Of a stretch of DNA of 64,000 bases, positions 48,968-62,154 are shown one piece after another. Numbering within the stretch: the first letter of the stretch is position 1; every line of letters begins with the position of its first letter. The notes beneath the pieces are model-generated. The model worked only from the letters and a program-made list of their open reading frames with translations. It did not search any database and had not been told where the DNA came from. The stretch lies in NCBI GenBank assembly GCA_950097015.1, contig CATNEN010000011.1:1178001-1242000 (forward strand), given 5' to 3'. This DNA is from Macrostomum hystrix (taxonomy: Eukaryota > Animalia > Platyhelminthes). Made by a program: the position numbers and the translations under genes.

Positions 48968-51292
48968 TTGAGAAATCTTCTCGAATATTATTGACTTGCG
49001 GGTTGTTGTTTCTGCTGCTTTCTGTTCACCAGGATTAGCATTTTACTTTATTTAACGGCGTAAACCTAGTAAGATTGTTATCATTAAAAATGACCGTCAC
49101 TTTTAGCTCTCTTTGTTAAATGTCAATTTGTCTTGTTAGCTCCTTAGTTTAAAAATCGTAAATAAATCCTTAAAATTAATTACTTCTTGATGATGATAAC
49201 TCCCAGTTATCAATTCCTCGTATCACTTCAAATCACACTTTAGTTGTTGTTTTGGTAGATCGATTAGTATTTTTTTATAAAGACGCATTTTTACTTTGAG
49301 CAACTGAATTCCAGTTGTTTGAAGTAAAAGTAAAAATAAGAAAAGAACAGCGCATACAGTATTTACTAACCTACAGAATAATAGTTCACACTGTGCCGTC
49401 CAAACAATGCGAAACTTTTTTATACTTTGACGTACAAATAACGCAAAGCGCATTAACTTGTGAAAAAAACTTTTCACCGTTTTAATTCTGGTAACATATA
49501 GTTATAACAAAATACACTGTAAAAATTTTCCTACACATTTTGTATGTAATATATACATCATTTTAATACAAAAAACAAGGCAAAAACTTATATTTTACTG
49601 TTATTAAAAAATTAGATGTTTAAGTTTTAGCGTTTTTTACTTTTTAACTTGCATATTTCTAACCATTAAAAAATGTAGGTGTAGCGAATCATGGTCTGCG
49701 ACTCTGCAGTAGCATTCTTAACATGGACTCAAAGCATTGCAGAATCTTAGCAAAAATGTATCTATCAAACAAAAAAGTAATCTAAAAATAAACCTTTTTT
49801 TAAATTTACGAATAAAAACTTGCATAAAAAACCTGTTATATGTTATATCAATGTGTATCAATTTTGACAAAAACTCGTGACGTGGTTGTGTTGCTGCTAA
49901 AGCTTCTTGTAAATTACGTGAATTTACTGGTTATATTTGTATTGAAGTTATGTGATAGCTTTAAATATGAACAGATAAATAAATAATAAATATATATGAG
50001 TATCAAAGTTCTTGCCAAAAAGCTTGTCCTTATTAAAACTGATAGATAATTATGTAATCAAAGATACAAGCTCATAAAACCGAATGTAGTATTAGGCATG
50101 CCTAACTGGAAAATGTAGTTAACTTTTTTCTTCGAAGCAGTCTAAATAGTTTAAAACACATTTGTGGAAGTGTTGTGAATATAAGAATAAACATAAAGTG
50201 CACAAAATTACTCATACATTTATATTTAACTCATTTGTAAACAATTTAAAGGATCATTGAATGCAATAGGTGAATTAAAAAGAGAAATCTAGCATTATTC
50301 GCACATTCAAAATATATATGCTTTAAAATTATTAAATAAAAAAGTAACTGCCTTAAGAGCTAAATGTATTTATTTATTTAATGCTAATTTGAAAACTGTT
50401 GTAAATGTGATGTGCAGTTGTTTTCTGTAGTTATGACTTGCATTATTGATGTCTTGCTGTTAAACTTCAGCAACTCCATCGCTTTATTGTTTTTGAAGTT
50501 TTAACTTAATAAAAGTTGTTGAGTTTCACTATTGAATAAGCTAAAAAAATAATCCAGTTTGAGTAGAATAATGAAAGACTATGTTTCTTAGAAAAAATTA
50601 ACTTTAAGGATAGGAAATTTTCACTTTTTCTCTTTCAATATAGACAGCTTTTGATTGCAAGCAGATACGAAGCTGTTCTTTAATTATAGCTTGCCTACCA
50701 TGTTGCTGTACCAAAGGTTATAAAAAAAATATATGACAATTCGATCTTCATATGATTTTCTTTACTTATAAAGATCCAATTCAGTGACAACATTTTTGCA
50801 TTTATTTTTAGACTTTAATTCTTTATAAGCGTAACTTTAGACTTTTAAGCTGTAGTTTTTGACAAGCATAATGAATTTTCACTATTTAGCTAAATGAAGC
50901 TTGTAGGTCTTGTGAAGTAGTTAATGTTTTGTTAAAAATATATATTCAAAAATATTATTTCCATAAAAACGAAAATATGCATTGCTTTCTAATAAAGCTA
51001 TGAAGAAAAATCAAATACTATTTAATATATTAATAAATGTATACTTAATTGCAAGAGGAACAGAAGTATAAGATCAAGCTGTATATCAAATTTCTGACTT
51101 ATGATAGCTTATTTATAAATAATCCGTCCTTCTACTCCAAGTGGTCCTTGAATTTTATAAGCTTAGAAGATACATTATTTTTTCTTAAACTATACCGTAT
51201 CAATAAACTATTGCTTTGAGAATCCCAGTTCACTCAACATTCTGAAAAGTTTTTATAGTCACCCCTCGAACACACCCACTTCAGGATCCCGG

Positions 51293-52584
51293 ATGATGCT
51301 GCACTCTGAGCGACCAAAGACTGGCCATGGAAGGCGTCGCGGTCCAACATGCGGTGGCTACAACTATGACGCCAACTCGTCTACTAGAGGAGTTGATGGA
51401 GCATCAGCAGCGGGGGCGGCGGCGTCAGCAGCAGCCACTTCAATGCCAATGGCGACAGAGCAGCAAAACTATTATCAGTCATCGGGCGGACGGCCGAAAA
51501 CTGGTCACGGACGAAGGCAGACAATGCCGGAGCAGCATCAGATGGAATTTGAATTTCAGCAGCAACAGCAGCAGCAGCAGATTCCCAGCGGCATCGGCAG
51601 TTCAGACGCTGATGTACTAATCCTGGACGATCCGAGGCCGCAGACGGCTGCGACAGCCAGACGACGCAGGCCGCAGACCGGATACGGTCGCCGGCGACCT
51701 CCCATGATGTCGCCAGTGCCAGGAGGCGAAACCGGCGTGCCCGGAGCTGGCCAGGGCAGACTTGGACTGCGCTCGGGTTCAGCTCGACAGCAGCAGCAAC
51801 AGCAGCAGCATCATCGCAACACCATCGAGGACGCACTGATGGATCTGCAGCAGCCGATGCAAGAGCAGCAACAGTCGCTGAATTCAACATTTCCTCAGTC
51901 CAGGCCGTTCTCTTCGAAGTACAAAGTCCTACCCGATATCAGCGGCAACGGAAACGGCTTGCAGCAGCAGCCGACGATGCAACAGTCAACATTACCTATG
52001 CCACCTAGTCAGGTAAGAACCTAGTCCCCTAGTCAAGTCAGGTACCAATAGAGGCATACTATCGATATATAAATAACAGGGAAGCCGCCACAGCCTCAGA
52101 TTCGAACGCCAGACCTCTTGATTTGAAGTCCGATGCATTAATTGACTTATTTACTAACTTGCCTGATAGTGCAGAATGAAATCATCACCTCGTCCTACTA
52201 CACGAACAGGCAACCTCCGCCAGCCCGATGGTCAGCGATGTCGCCTCCACCGCCGTCGCGGCCGCTGGCGGCCTTCGACCCGAGCCGGGTCCGGAGTCTC
52301 CGCGCCTACTTCTGGCGCTGCGAATGCCGAACGGCTCCCGGATGCAGCGCCACTTCCGGCCAACCAGCCCGCTGCTGGATGTTCGCCGTTTCGCCGAAAT
52401 CGCCGCCGAGGAGGACTTCAGCGAGTGCGAATTCGTCCGGGCCGACGATCGAGTCGCATTTCGTCGCCGGCAGCTGGAGCGCAGCTTGGAGGAGCTAGAC
52501 ATTCGAGACCGCAGTCTGCTCATCCTGCAGGAGGCTCTCGACGACGATGACGAAGACGACGACGATGACGGGATGCTTGAGTAA
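51293..52584 (+). CDS. UBX-domain protein 10-like (p97/VCP adaptor), about 364 aa; exons 51293-52012 and 52210-52584
   Basis: RPKTGHGRRR and FSSKYKVLPDIS in the N-terminus; UBX domain PEPGPESPRLLLALRMPNGSRMQRHFRPT. The acceptor at 52209 was chosen because it is the one that keeps the UBX frame. Confidence 0.78.
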
Positions 52585-54114
52585 CTTTGGCAATCAACTT
52601 TCTTAAATTTTGTTCAGGAAATGATATAGAGCAGAAATAAAACAGACTCTAAGTTTTAACGCAAAATAGAAAGAAACTCTCTTTAGTAGCGTCAAAGTCT
52701 AACAAACTTTCCGGAATTCTTTTTGGCGCTAATTTAAAATTAGAGGCTATATTTTGTCGTAAGTTTTTTATCGTACTGTCGCAGATTAGTTTCTTTTTAT
52801 TGCAATCCTTTCTTCTTTATTTTGCTTAGAAAAACGCATAACATAAATATTACTTTAAATTTAAAAAGTTAAAATAAAAAAATCCTAATATTAAGTTACT
52901 AAAACAAACTTAAACTAGCTTCTTTAGTTTAAGTAAAATCACAAAATTTTATTGTAAACTAGTCTGGCTGAAAAAAACTTCTGTCCAGAATGGAACTTTA
53001 AAGTCTAGTGACAGTCAAGCAAAAATACTAAAGCAAAACAAAATTTTCTCGCAAATTATTTGCTACCTCAACTTTTATCTCTTCAAATTCAAAACCATCA
53101 CTGGCCCTTGCTTTAATTTTCTGTTTTATGTTTTTAATAACAGTTAATAATTTGCTTTAGGCTATTTTTTTGAAGGAGTAAAAGTGTTTTTTGTACTTTA
53201 TTAAAACCAGCATTCGATGGGGTGGAAATCTAGCTGGGTGCTTCTCAGGATTAACGAAGAAAATTGAAGTCGTCTTTACTACTGATCTGTGAGTAGTCGG
53301 AGACGGTAATATCACATAATAATTTTTAGATCATTTTATATTTCCGGCTCTGTTTCTATACATTACTGAACAAAAAATATTCCCTTTTCTTATTTGATTT
53401 AAAGGCTTTTATTTCTATGTTACCGAGTAAATCTGTGAGTTCAATTCAGTCAGTTTGTGATTTTACAGTTCATATTTCACATGCTTAATTATCCCCTTAA
53501 TCCCTATGATGATAAGATTCTTACTCACTGCAATCGTCTATGTAAATTATGAAATAATAATTAACATTTTGGCACGGTGGATGGGTAGCATCTGTATAAA
53601 AATAGTACACAAATTTTGCTGCTTGTGTTATAGACTATCTTTTCTTTCGTTTATTTCCGGATTTGAATTTGAACTCAATTAAACAAACTAGCCTGCTGAT
53701 ATTTTCCGAGCTCTTTGTACAGTCCTGTGAGCAATATTTACAATCACTTTTTCGTGTTTATGCTCGATAAGCCTGCTGAGGACTGATCATTTAAATTCAG
53801 CACAAATCCTTGAATTTTGTTTTACTTAACTATTGTCTGTCTCAGGTCGTTTTCAGCATCTTTTTTCTGTCTCACTCCCTGATATTGCGATTACTGGCAC
53901 TGCGCTGAATTCTCAGAGGTTATTTTACCTTAAGCGTTTAGTCTTGCTATTATAAATATGCTAAACATTGAGTCACTAAATTCTGGTTTCTTTATTATGA
54001 TAATTTTATGCTTATATCATGTGGGTTGAAATTCTTTTGCGTTGACATACATATTTTTCCGCAAAAGCGATAGATTTAAATAGCGACAGAATAAAACAGT
54101 GACAGGGCGAAAGA

Positions 54115-54975
54115 ATGACATGACTTGCAGAGTGACAGGACTTGAGGGTGACAGAGTGACTTGAGGGTGACAAGGTGACAGAGTGACTTAAGGGTGTCAG
54201 AGTGACTTGAGGGTGACAGAGTGACTTGAGGGTGTCAGAGTGACTTGAAGGTGTCAGAGTGACTTGAGGGTGACAGTGACTTGAGGGTGTCAGAGTGACT
54301 TGAAGGTGTCAGAGTGACTTGAGGGTGACAGAGTGACTTGAGGGTGACAGAGTGACTTTAGGGTGACAGAGTGACTTGAGGGTGACAGGGTGACAGAGTG
54401 ACTTGAGGGTGACAGGGTGACAGAGTGACTTGAGGGTGACAGGGTGACAGAGTGACTTGAGGGTGTCAGGGTGACTTGAGGGTGACAGAGTGACTTGAGG
54501 GTGACAGAGTGACTTGAGGGTGACAGAGTGACTTGAGGGTGACAGGGTGACAGAGTGACTTGAGGGTGACAGGGTGACAGAGTGACTTGAGGGTGACAGG
54601 GTGACAGAGTGACTTGAGGGTGTCAGGGTGACTTGAGGGTGACAGAGTGACTTGAGGGTGACAGAGTGACTTAAGGGTGACAAAGTGACTTGAGTGTGAT
54701 AGAGTGACAGGACTGCAGGGTGACAGAACTACAGCGTGACAGAACTACAGCGTGACAGAACTTGAGGGTGACAGAGTGACAGAACTAGAGAGTGACAGAG
54801 TGACAGAACTAGAGGGTGACAGAGTGACAGAACTAGAGGGTGACAGAGTGACAGAACTTGAGGGTGACAGAGTGACAGAACTTGAGGGTGACAGAGTGAC
54901 AGAACTTGAAGGTGACAGAGTGACAGAACTAGAGGGTGACAGAGTGAGAGAACTAGATGGTGACAGAGTGACTAA
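54115..54975. repeat. Compound 19/27-bp minisatellite (GAGGGTGACAGAGTGACTT; GAGGGTGACAGAGTGACAGAACTA)
   Basis: Tandem periodicity with a change of unit near 54700. Confidence 0.93.
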
Positions 54976-56225
54976 GTGGCAAGGTCAAATAGTGACAGAT
55001 TCAGAGTGTCAGTGATTGAGTGGTTTCGATGCTAATCAAATGTAATGCCAGCTTTTGTTTATAAATTGTATATTTACTTTCTAGTTATTTGAGTTATTTC
55101 ATATGCTAATTTGAGTCTTTAGTCTTTTGGTTTTAGTATTTTTTCACAACTCCGCAAGCAGGACATTCTAAAGATGATAGTTCATGCGCATATTGTTGTT
55201 TTATTATTGAATACTCAAATCTATAACTTTCGAATTATAATCCATTATAATCCACCTCACCTGTATCAATTAAACAAATGCTGTCTGTCTTTTAATTCGA
55301 GTCTTAATGTTGAATATTATATTTTTAAACCGTCTTTTTAACTTTACACAAATCTTCTATATCTTCTGCATCGATTTTATATTGTTTTACTTTAGTGGAC
55401 TTTAAAGGACTTCTGTGTTTCGGATTTGATTATAAATAGAAAGCCGACTATAGAAGTCCTTAATGTTTTATTTGTCATCCTCTGTAGTAACTTTTCAAGT
55501 CTCTAAATGCATATTCACATACTTTATTTTTATTTTGCTGTTTGATTAAATGCACTTTAGTGTCTGGTTTATGGTTCTTCATAACTGCAGCTGTCGTAAT
55601 AATAATTTATTGAACTATAATACACCTGTCTATATGTACTCGCTCCTGAGTAGAAAATTCTAGAAACTGAATTTGTTGAAAAAAAAACTTTTTAAAGCTT
55701 GTTTTTCCATTTCAGTTTTGTTTTATTGCATCAACAAATTCGAGAAGCTAACTATACTTACTACTATACTAGTCAGTCAGTAAGTAGTATATGTGCGAAC
55801 ATAAGAGGACCTAGTTTTTATTCTCGGTCACGCCTTGACATTCAGACTGATGTCGCGCATTCAGTTGCAGCAGTGACCTTCTAGTTTTGGCTCACTTGTG
55901 TAAACAGAACAAAACAGGGGACAATGTTTCACAGATGCAAAAAGTTTGTTTAAACGAATGCGAAAGTTTTCTAGTCGAAAAGGTCACGAAAAAGTGTATT
56001 TTTTAACCAAATAACACCTCTGCAAATTTCAGAAAATGTTACGAAATAAAATACTTTTATTTTTCTACATTTTTAATTCCAGATTATCGTCTTTTGATAG
56101 AAGAAATATTTTTTAGCTAGCTCGCGTTTATCGAACTACTAGCTCGTAAGTAGATGACAATATCAATAGTATAATAGCACTGTGCTTTACTGGGTAAAAG
56201 TTCATTGTTAAAAGAACTATTCCTA

Positions 56226-59200
56226 TCAAGAACCGAGTGCCAAGAGTGGCACAATGGCGTATCCAAGCAGCAGGATTGTTGTCATTGGCGACAGTTGACG
56301 CCCGGCATTTGGTTCGAGCTGAAATCCGCACAGCCGCGGTGTGCTCAAACAGCTGAGCCTGAGTAGTAGCCGCGGAGCCGAGCTGCCGCTGTCGGAGCTG
56401 TTCAGCTCGGGCAGTAGCTGAGGCCAGGTGAGCTCAGCTGGGCTGCTGCAGTTGCTGAGCACGGCATCCAGGCGAGTCAGGTATGACGCCGAGGCTCTCA
56501 ACTGGTTCAGGATGCGATGATTAGCTAGATTTATGGTGAACAAAGCTTTCAAGGTAAGCCAGCGCAGTTTGGGAAACAGGTGACCGATATAGCTCAGCTC
56601 CTGCTGGTTGAGCTCGTAGCAGCCCTGCCGGAGGCTCAGTGTTAACCGACTGGTGTTAAATCCCTGCCTCATTGCTGTGAAGTTGCCGAATAAGTTTCCG
56701 TCTGGCAGTTGGGCGAAATTCAAGATGGCCTCCTGGTTCAAGGTCACCGGGCCGGACAGAAGCTCCAGCCAATCAGAGTCCGACACTGGAGCCTGCAGCA
56801 GCCGCAGTGACAAATATTTCAGTCCCAGAGCGCCCTGAGTGCCCGCCAATCGTTGAAAGGCGCCCGGCTCAATGGACATTGTTGACAGGTGATGATTTAG
56901 CTGCATTGACAGGCTCTGCAGTACTGGCAGGTTGGCGAGGCTGCCAGTCTGCAAGCGCACTCGAAGTGGCACTCCGTCATCGTCGAATGATACGGCCAGC
57001 TCTCGCAGAGTTGTCAAATTCGCAATGCTGCCCTCAGGCAGGTCCACCAGCTGAGGCCACTTCTCAGCCCCTGGCTGGCTGAGAATCTCCGGTCGCGTTG
57101 ATACTTCAATGTTTAAAGTTTCCAAGCTTGTCAGGCCGGATTGTGAGATCAGTTTGGGCAGTTGCGTCGGTTCGGCGATTGTCAGTCGCAGGAATTGCAG
57201 ACTGGCAGCGGTCGGGTAGAGAGCTCTCGCATCAATGCTCAGCAGATTGAAGTTGCAGGACAGGTCGAGATAGCGCAGTTTGGTCAGGCCAGAGAATGTG
57301 CTCTCGCCAATGTGGCTCAGGTGGTTGTTTCGCAGCACCAGAGTTTCCAAATTGCGCAGGGCCTGAAATGCGCCGTCTTGAATTTCGTACAGGCCCTGTC
57401 TCTGACGCCTGGAGTAGCGATAGCCGGCCAGAACGAGAATGCGAAGATTCGGCGCGTTGGCCAACAGTCGCCTGCGAAGCAGCGGCACGTAGGTCTTTAT
57501 CATGCAGTCCAGCTGGTTCAGCATAAATGGAATTTGTGCAGAGCGCTTAAAAAAGTCGCGATTTGTAAGCAAACAGGACAGAACCCTAGGACTCGAATGA
57601 ATACATTGGCCTCCCAAAGTTTGAAGAAACTGTTTAAGTTGGTCCTGGAAGTTAGCCAGTTCGAAGCAGGCTCGCTTCGCCGATTCCAATGACGTAAATG
57701 GCTCCGAGTCAATGTTGCCGCATCCGATGGAAAAAAAGCGCAAGCGTGTCGCAGGGGCGCTTGGCGTCAAAGACTTGCTGTAGTCGCTGCTGTTCACTGA
57801 ACAGGTGCATTCTCGTGCGTAAATTGTCACATGATCTAGTTCTGAGTTATTTCTTACGTAGTCTGTAAAGTCTTCCAGATATAACTTTGTGACTAGCGGT
57901 TGCTTCTTGTTGCCAAATACATTGGTCCTGGCTCTGTCAAAGCCGCCATCATTGTCACCTTTGTTCAGTTCGGTCTCGGTGCTTTCAACAATGAGCGTGC
58001 GAAGACGCGGCCATTGGCTCAGAAAGCTGGCATTGATTTCTCCAATGTGAAACTTGGCAATGCGCAAGTCGGTGACAGTCATTCGACTGTCAATGGGCAG
58101 CAGCAGGCGGCACTGGCTGGGATTCGAAAATATTGACGACGGAAACCAGACAGTCTCGCCGATCACAAGCTTCTGCTGTGAGCAGTTGCGGCACTCCAGG
58201 AGCTCGGCATTGTTGCGCAAATCGATGCCCATCGGCGACATGAAGATGGCGTTCACGCTGACCAGCTGCAGGGCCCCAGAGCCGGCTTGGAATGCCCCCG
58301 GTGCCAGGAGCTCGCATCGGCCTTCCATGGGATTCACTGCATGGTGATTGGCGAAGTGAAGAGGTGCTAGGTGGATTATACGATTAACAACAAAAAACAC
58401 GATATTTCCTCCTGCGAAAAGACCAGGGGGATATTTTAAATTTACGATGAACTAACTTTCAAAGCCGTCCGACGTCACCATTGTCGAGATATTCAGCGAT
58501 TCACTTCGAAGCGCCTGGGGACAAGACAACTAACATTGCTCTGTGTAAACAAGATATTTATTTTTATATTCATATACAACTAGTAACCGCCATGGTAACG
58601 TGATGAAACTGCGAGCAGAAAAATTATGCTTATTTTTGTGGTTTTGCCACCAGACACCCTGACGAGAGTCGTTGAATAACTCGACGATGTCGATGCTTTA
58701 TGATTCCTGCAGAAATTGTTTGGTCGGATAGAGCGGAAGATTTATTATTATTTTTATTAGTTGTCGAAGGTTGACCCACAGCAAGCGAGTAGGACCCGCG
58801 ATGTGCTATCGCTCAGCACCAATCAATAGAGAATTTTTCCGTCTAGCATGACATAACTCCGGGTACAACAAGCTGAAACTATCAGAATTAAATTCACTCA
58901 CTTACAAACATGTCGCCGAAGCTGAATGACTCCAGTCTGGTCAGGTTGACAAACGACCCGGCGCCAAACACGCTGCCATTATGACACTTGACAATCTTCT
59001 GGTGCAGCATCAGCGTCAGCTGGCGCAAATTAGGCAGATTCCTGAACTGGAAGCCTGACAAATTCTCCTCGTGGAAGCGCGGCTGTCCGCGAGAGCCGCC
59101 ACCGTCCTCAGCTTCGTCCGCGCTGTTGGACGTCGTGCGCAGCTGCACCGACTCCAGCAGAGGCAGGCTGTCCAGTTTGAACCGGTTCAAATAGCAGTCG

Positions 59201-59778
59201 GATGGCTGACTCAGGCGCAGTTGTTTCAGGCTGAGCGCTGTCCTATTCAGAAACATTGAGTAGGAGTCGCAGCCGTTGTAGTCCAGGTTGAGGCTCAATG
59301 ACGTCAGGTTCATCTCGGCCATGCAGAATGGATCGCCGCTGTTCAGAGCGCTGCCAAGGACTCCGCTGAATCCGTGCAGGCTGAGCGAACGCAGACTGCC
59401 AGCGAGGGGTTCAAGAGCACACTCGGCTAGGATCATCTGACGACTGCGACGATTTCGAGCGAGTAGAAACTCCAACTGGCCGTGTCGAGACAGACTGTCT
59501 ACTGGCAGCAGAAAGTCTGTCTCCGCCTTCTCGTCGGTGCGTTGAATAACCAGAGACAGGCTTGATATTGACCACGGAAGCGTTGGCAGGCGTCTGATAG
59601 CGTCAGCTGCGTCGACTCCAACAATGTCGCAGACTAGACCCTGACTGGAGCTGTTGAATAGCAGACAGTTGTAGAGGCCAGCCTCTTTCAGCATCAAGGG
59701 ACGATCTAGAGTGGCAACGTCACTAAACCAGGTAAGTGCAAGTTGCAGTACCGCCAGAACCTGCACCAATGGCCTCAT
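56226..59778 (-). CDS. Secreted or GPI-anchored leucine-rich-repeat protein, about 1020 aa; exons 59778-58902 and 58411-56226
   Basis: Signal-peptide-like MRPLVQVLAVLQLALTWFSDVAT; LRRs LRNLETLVLRNNHLSHI, LTKLRYLDLSCN and LPNLRQLTL; Cys-rich spacers; hydrophobic C-terminus ending the ORF (TTILLLGYAIVPLLALGS*). Phase-1 junction requires the GTGAGT donor at 58901. Confidence 0.8.
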
Positions 59779-60639
59779 TGCAATGCACCAGTAAGGCCCA
59801 AGGTAAATAGATCAAGCCAGCGTAGTTTGCATCGCAGCCAGTAATATAGTGAATCAGGGTGCGCAAGTCCCACTTGGGTCAGAGAGGAACCCAAACGTAG
59901 CTGTTCGATGACTAAAATGCCCAGAGAGGGAGCCTTAAAAACTGGTGCAAATTTTGTCCGAACGCGCGCAGCCAATCAGCGCTTAACTGAATCAGCCAGC
60001 ACTTTCAGTATTGTGGAAATTTCTAAAGCGCTCTTTATAGGCTGTACAGTTTCAACATACGGCTGGAACCGCGTGTCTGACAAATTGTGTGTCTGACACA
60101 AATTGTAACCCAGATAGCTATTCGATAGCACCAATGGGCCTGTTCACTCTCCAAGCACGAGCGGCCCACCCCAAAAAGACCCCCCCAGTGTCGCATCCGT
60201 CTCCTGGCTTGTTTATTTTGTCAGCTTGCCCACTCCCGGTTTTTCGGATGCAACGTCCTAGTCCATTGCCCGAGCGGGGCCTTATTCTCTTTATCTATCC
60301 ATTTATCTTTGAAAATTGCTTTGGATCTCCGAACAGTATAGAACTGTATAATTAAAAGCTGTATTGAACTGCTTTTAATTGCTGTCCATTGCAGATATCC
60401 TATAGGGCATTGCGCAAACTGCTGTGAAGTGTCTGCACAATCTAGAATTCGCATTTGAAAGTTGCCAACTGTGAATCTTCAAACTGCAACGGTTGATACT
60501 TATTTTACTAAAATCCTATTCCTGCTTGATTTTATTTACCTGCGGGCTGGGCCATTCACGAGAGAAATCTAAATGTATGCTACGTCGTAATGCGAGAACA
60601 GAAACGTTTGTATTTACAATACGTCCCTTTGTTCGCATT

Positions 60640-61060
60640 CAACGACAGATGCTCAACGCTCTAACCTGGCGATTGAAGTTGGACGTCGCTCGTGACTCGT
60701 TTAACGATTGGACCAGTCAGCGAAGATGCTCTGTACTGACTCTGGTCTCTTGTGAGCTGTAGCACGGATCACATGATTGGTGTAGGTCCGTGATAGATTC
60801 GCTCTTGTAGAAATCCAAGCCATCATGTCGCTAAGTGTGTTTTTACCGAGCACTTGTATCGCACTGTACGATTGTACCAAGACGAACTTTGGCAGAGGTC
60901 TTGGAAACAAAGCACTCACACTATAGGGGGCAACAGGCTTTTATATACTTGCGCACGGCAGCAACAGGGCAAGTTATTGGGTTATTAGTGGCGTACATCT
61001 TAATATGCTTTCCTGTACATGGGTTAGCAGCGTTGGTTGTGTTGTGTCTACCCTTATTAA
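60640..61060 (-). mobile_element. Crypton catalytic C-terminal fragment
   Basis: KMYATNNPITCPVAAVRKYI...ALFPRP...LGKNTLSDMMAWISTRANLSRTYTNHVIRAT (HxxR), followed by a deletion before HK. Confidence 0.75.
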
Positions 61061-61194
61061 TTTAAAATTGTGGCAAGCTTTAAGCCGAATTAAAGGGCTT
61101 GTGGTAAGTTTGAGGTTCGAATTTCGGGCACAAGGGCATGACGTCTCTAATTTGAAGACAAGCTCCTGAAATAAACACCTGAAATGCCCCTCCA

Positions 61195-61410
61195 ACCCCT
61201 CAGTTTCTACAGGCTGTTCTGCCACTCCTACCCCTCAGTTCCTGTAAGCTGTTCTGCCCCTCCTACCCCTCAGTTCCTGTAAGCTGTTCTGCCCCTCCTA
61301 CCCTCAGTTCCTGTAAGCTGTACTGCCACTCGAACCCCTCAGTTTATACAAGCTGTTCTGCCCCTCCTACCCCTCAGTTTCTACAGGCTGTTCTGCCCCT
61401 CCTACCCCTT
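61195..61410. repeat. 35-bp minisatellite (CTACCCCTCAGTTCCTGTAAGCTGTTCTGCCCCTC)
   Basis: About 6 copies. Confidence 0.9.
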
Positions 61411-61678
61411 TTCTTCTAGAAGCTGTTAATGAAAAATTCAGGAGTCAATTATTTCAAAGATAGATTAAAACATTTATATTGATTAATTTCTGTTCTTCTT
61501 TAATGATGGCATGTTTCAGTTTAGCACAGTTATTTAGTACGAATATCGTAGGAGCAGAAACGACATCTATTTATGGATACGAAATATGCATGTAATATGC
61601 ATGTAATAAAAAACAGAGTAAAAGACGGCATTATAAATATAAAGGTCTGATGTTTAGTAGATCGCTGGTCTATAAGTA

Positions 61679-61987
61679 ACTCAATCATTCACTAACCTAT
61701 TCACTCACTGGTTCACTGAATCACTCATTCTCTTACTCATGCCAGATGTACAGCCGACAGCACAGCCTTATCTATTGCGTGGCGCATCTGAAGGCTGCGT
61801 ACGGCTGTTCAGTCCATGGACTGGGAGGACGCCTACCCATCCTTAAATACCCCTGTTAATGCTGGTACCCATTTAACAGCAATGCAGAGTTCAGTGTCTT
61901 GCTAAAAGGGTACATATTTTTCTAGTGGGAATCGAACCCTTGACCTTCAAGTCGCGAGTTCGCCGCTCCAGCCGCTAGGCTTCAACC
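61679..61987 (-). mobile_element. tRNA-derived SINE family B with a CORE-like middle and an L2-type (TGAA/TGAG)n tail
   Basis: On the - strand: TAGCGGCTGGAGCGG (A box) ...GGTTCGATTCCC (B box), CCCTTTTAGCAAGACACTGAACTC...AAATGGGTACC, and tail GAATGAGTGATTCAGTGAA. Confidence 0.65.
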
Positions 61988-62154
61988 TTCTGTAGCCTAG
62001 AAATGATAGAAATAAGCAGAAATTGGGTAGAAATTGGAGTAATGTTGACAGCTGCAACTACAATTAAAAAAGTGGGCATGAAAAATGTGTTTTCAATTCG
62101 AAAACCAGAATAGTTGAAAAGAATTTCTGCAGGTTACCAGAAAGAATTGTCTGC

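Noticed and set aside
49000-51200. AT-rich stretch between CLPP and UBXN10-like
   Set aside because: No ORF, repeat or RNA structure that I could support.
58598-58662. C/D-box snoRNA-like motifs (GTGATGA ... CTGA)
   Set aside because: Antisense to the host intron, only a 2-bp terminal stem, and no guide recognised.
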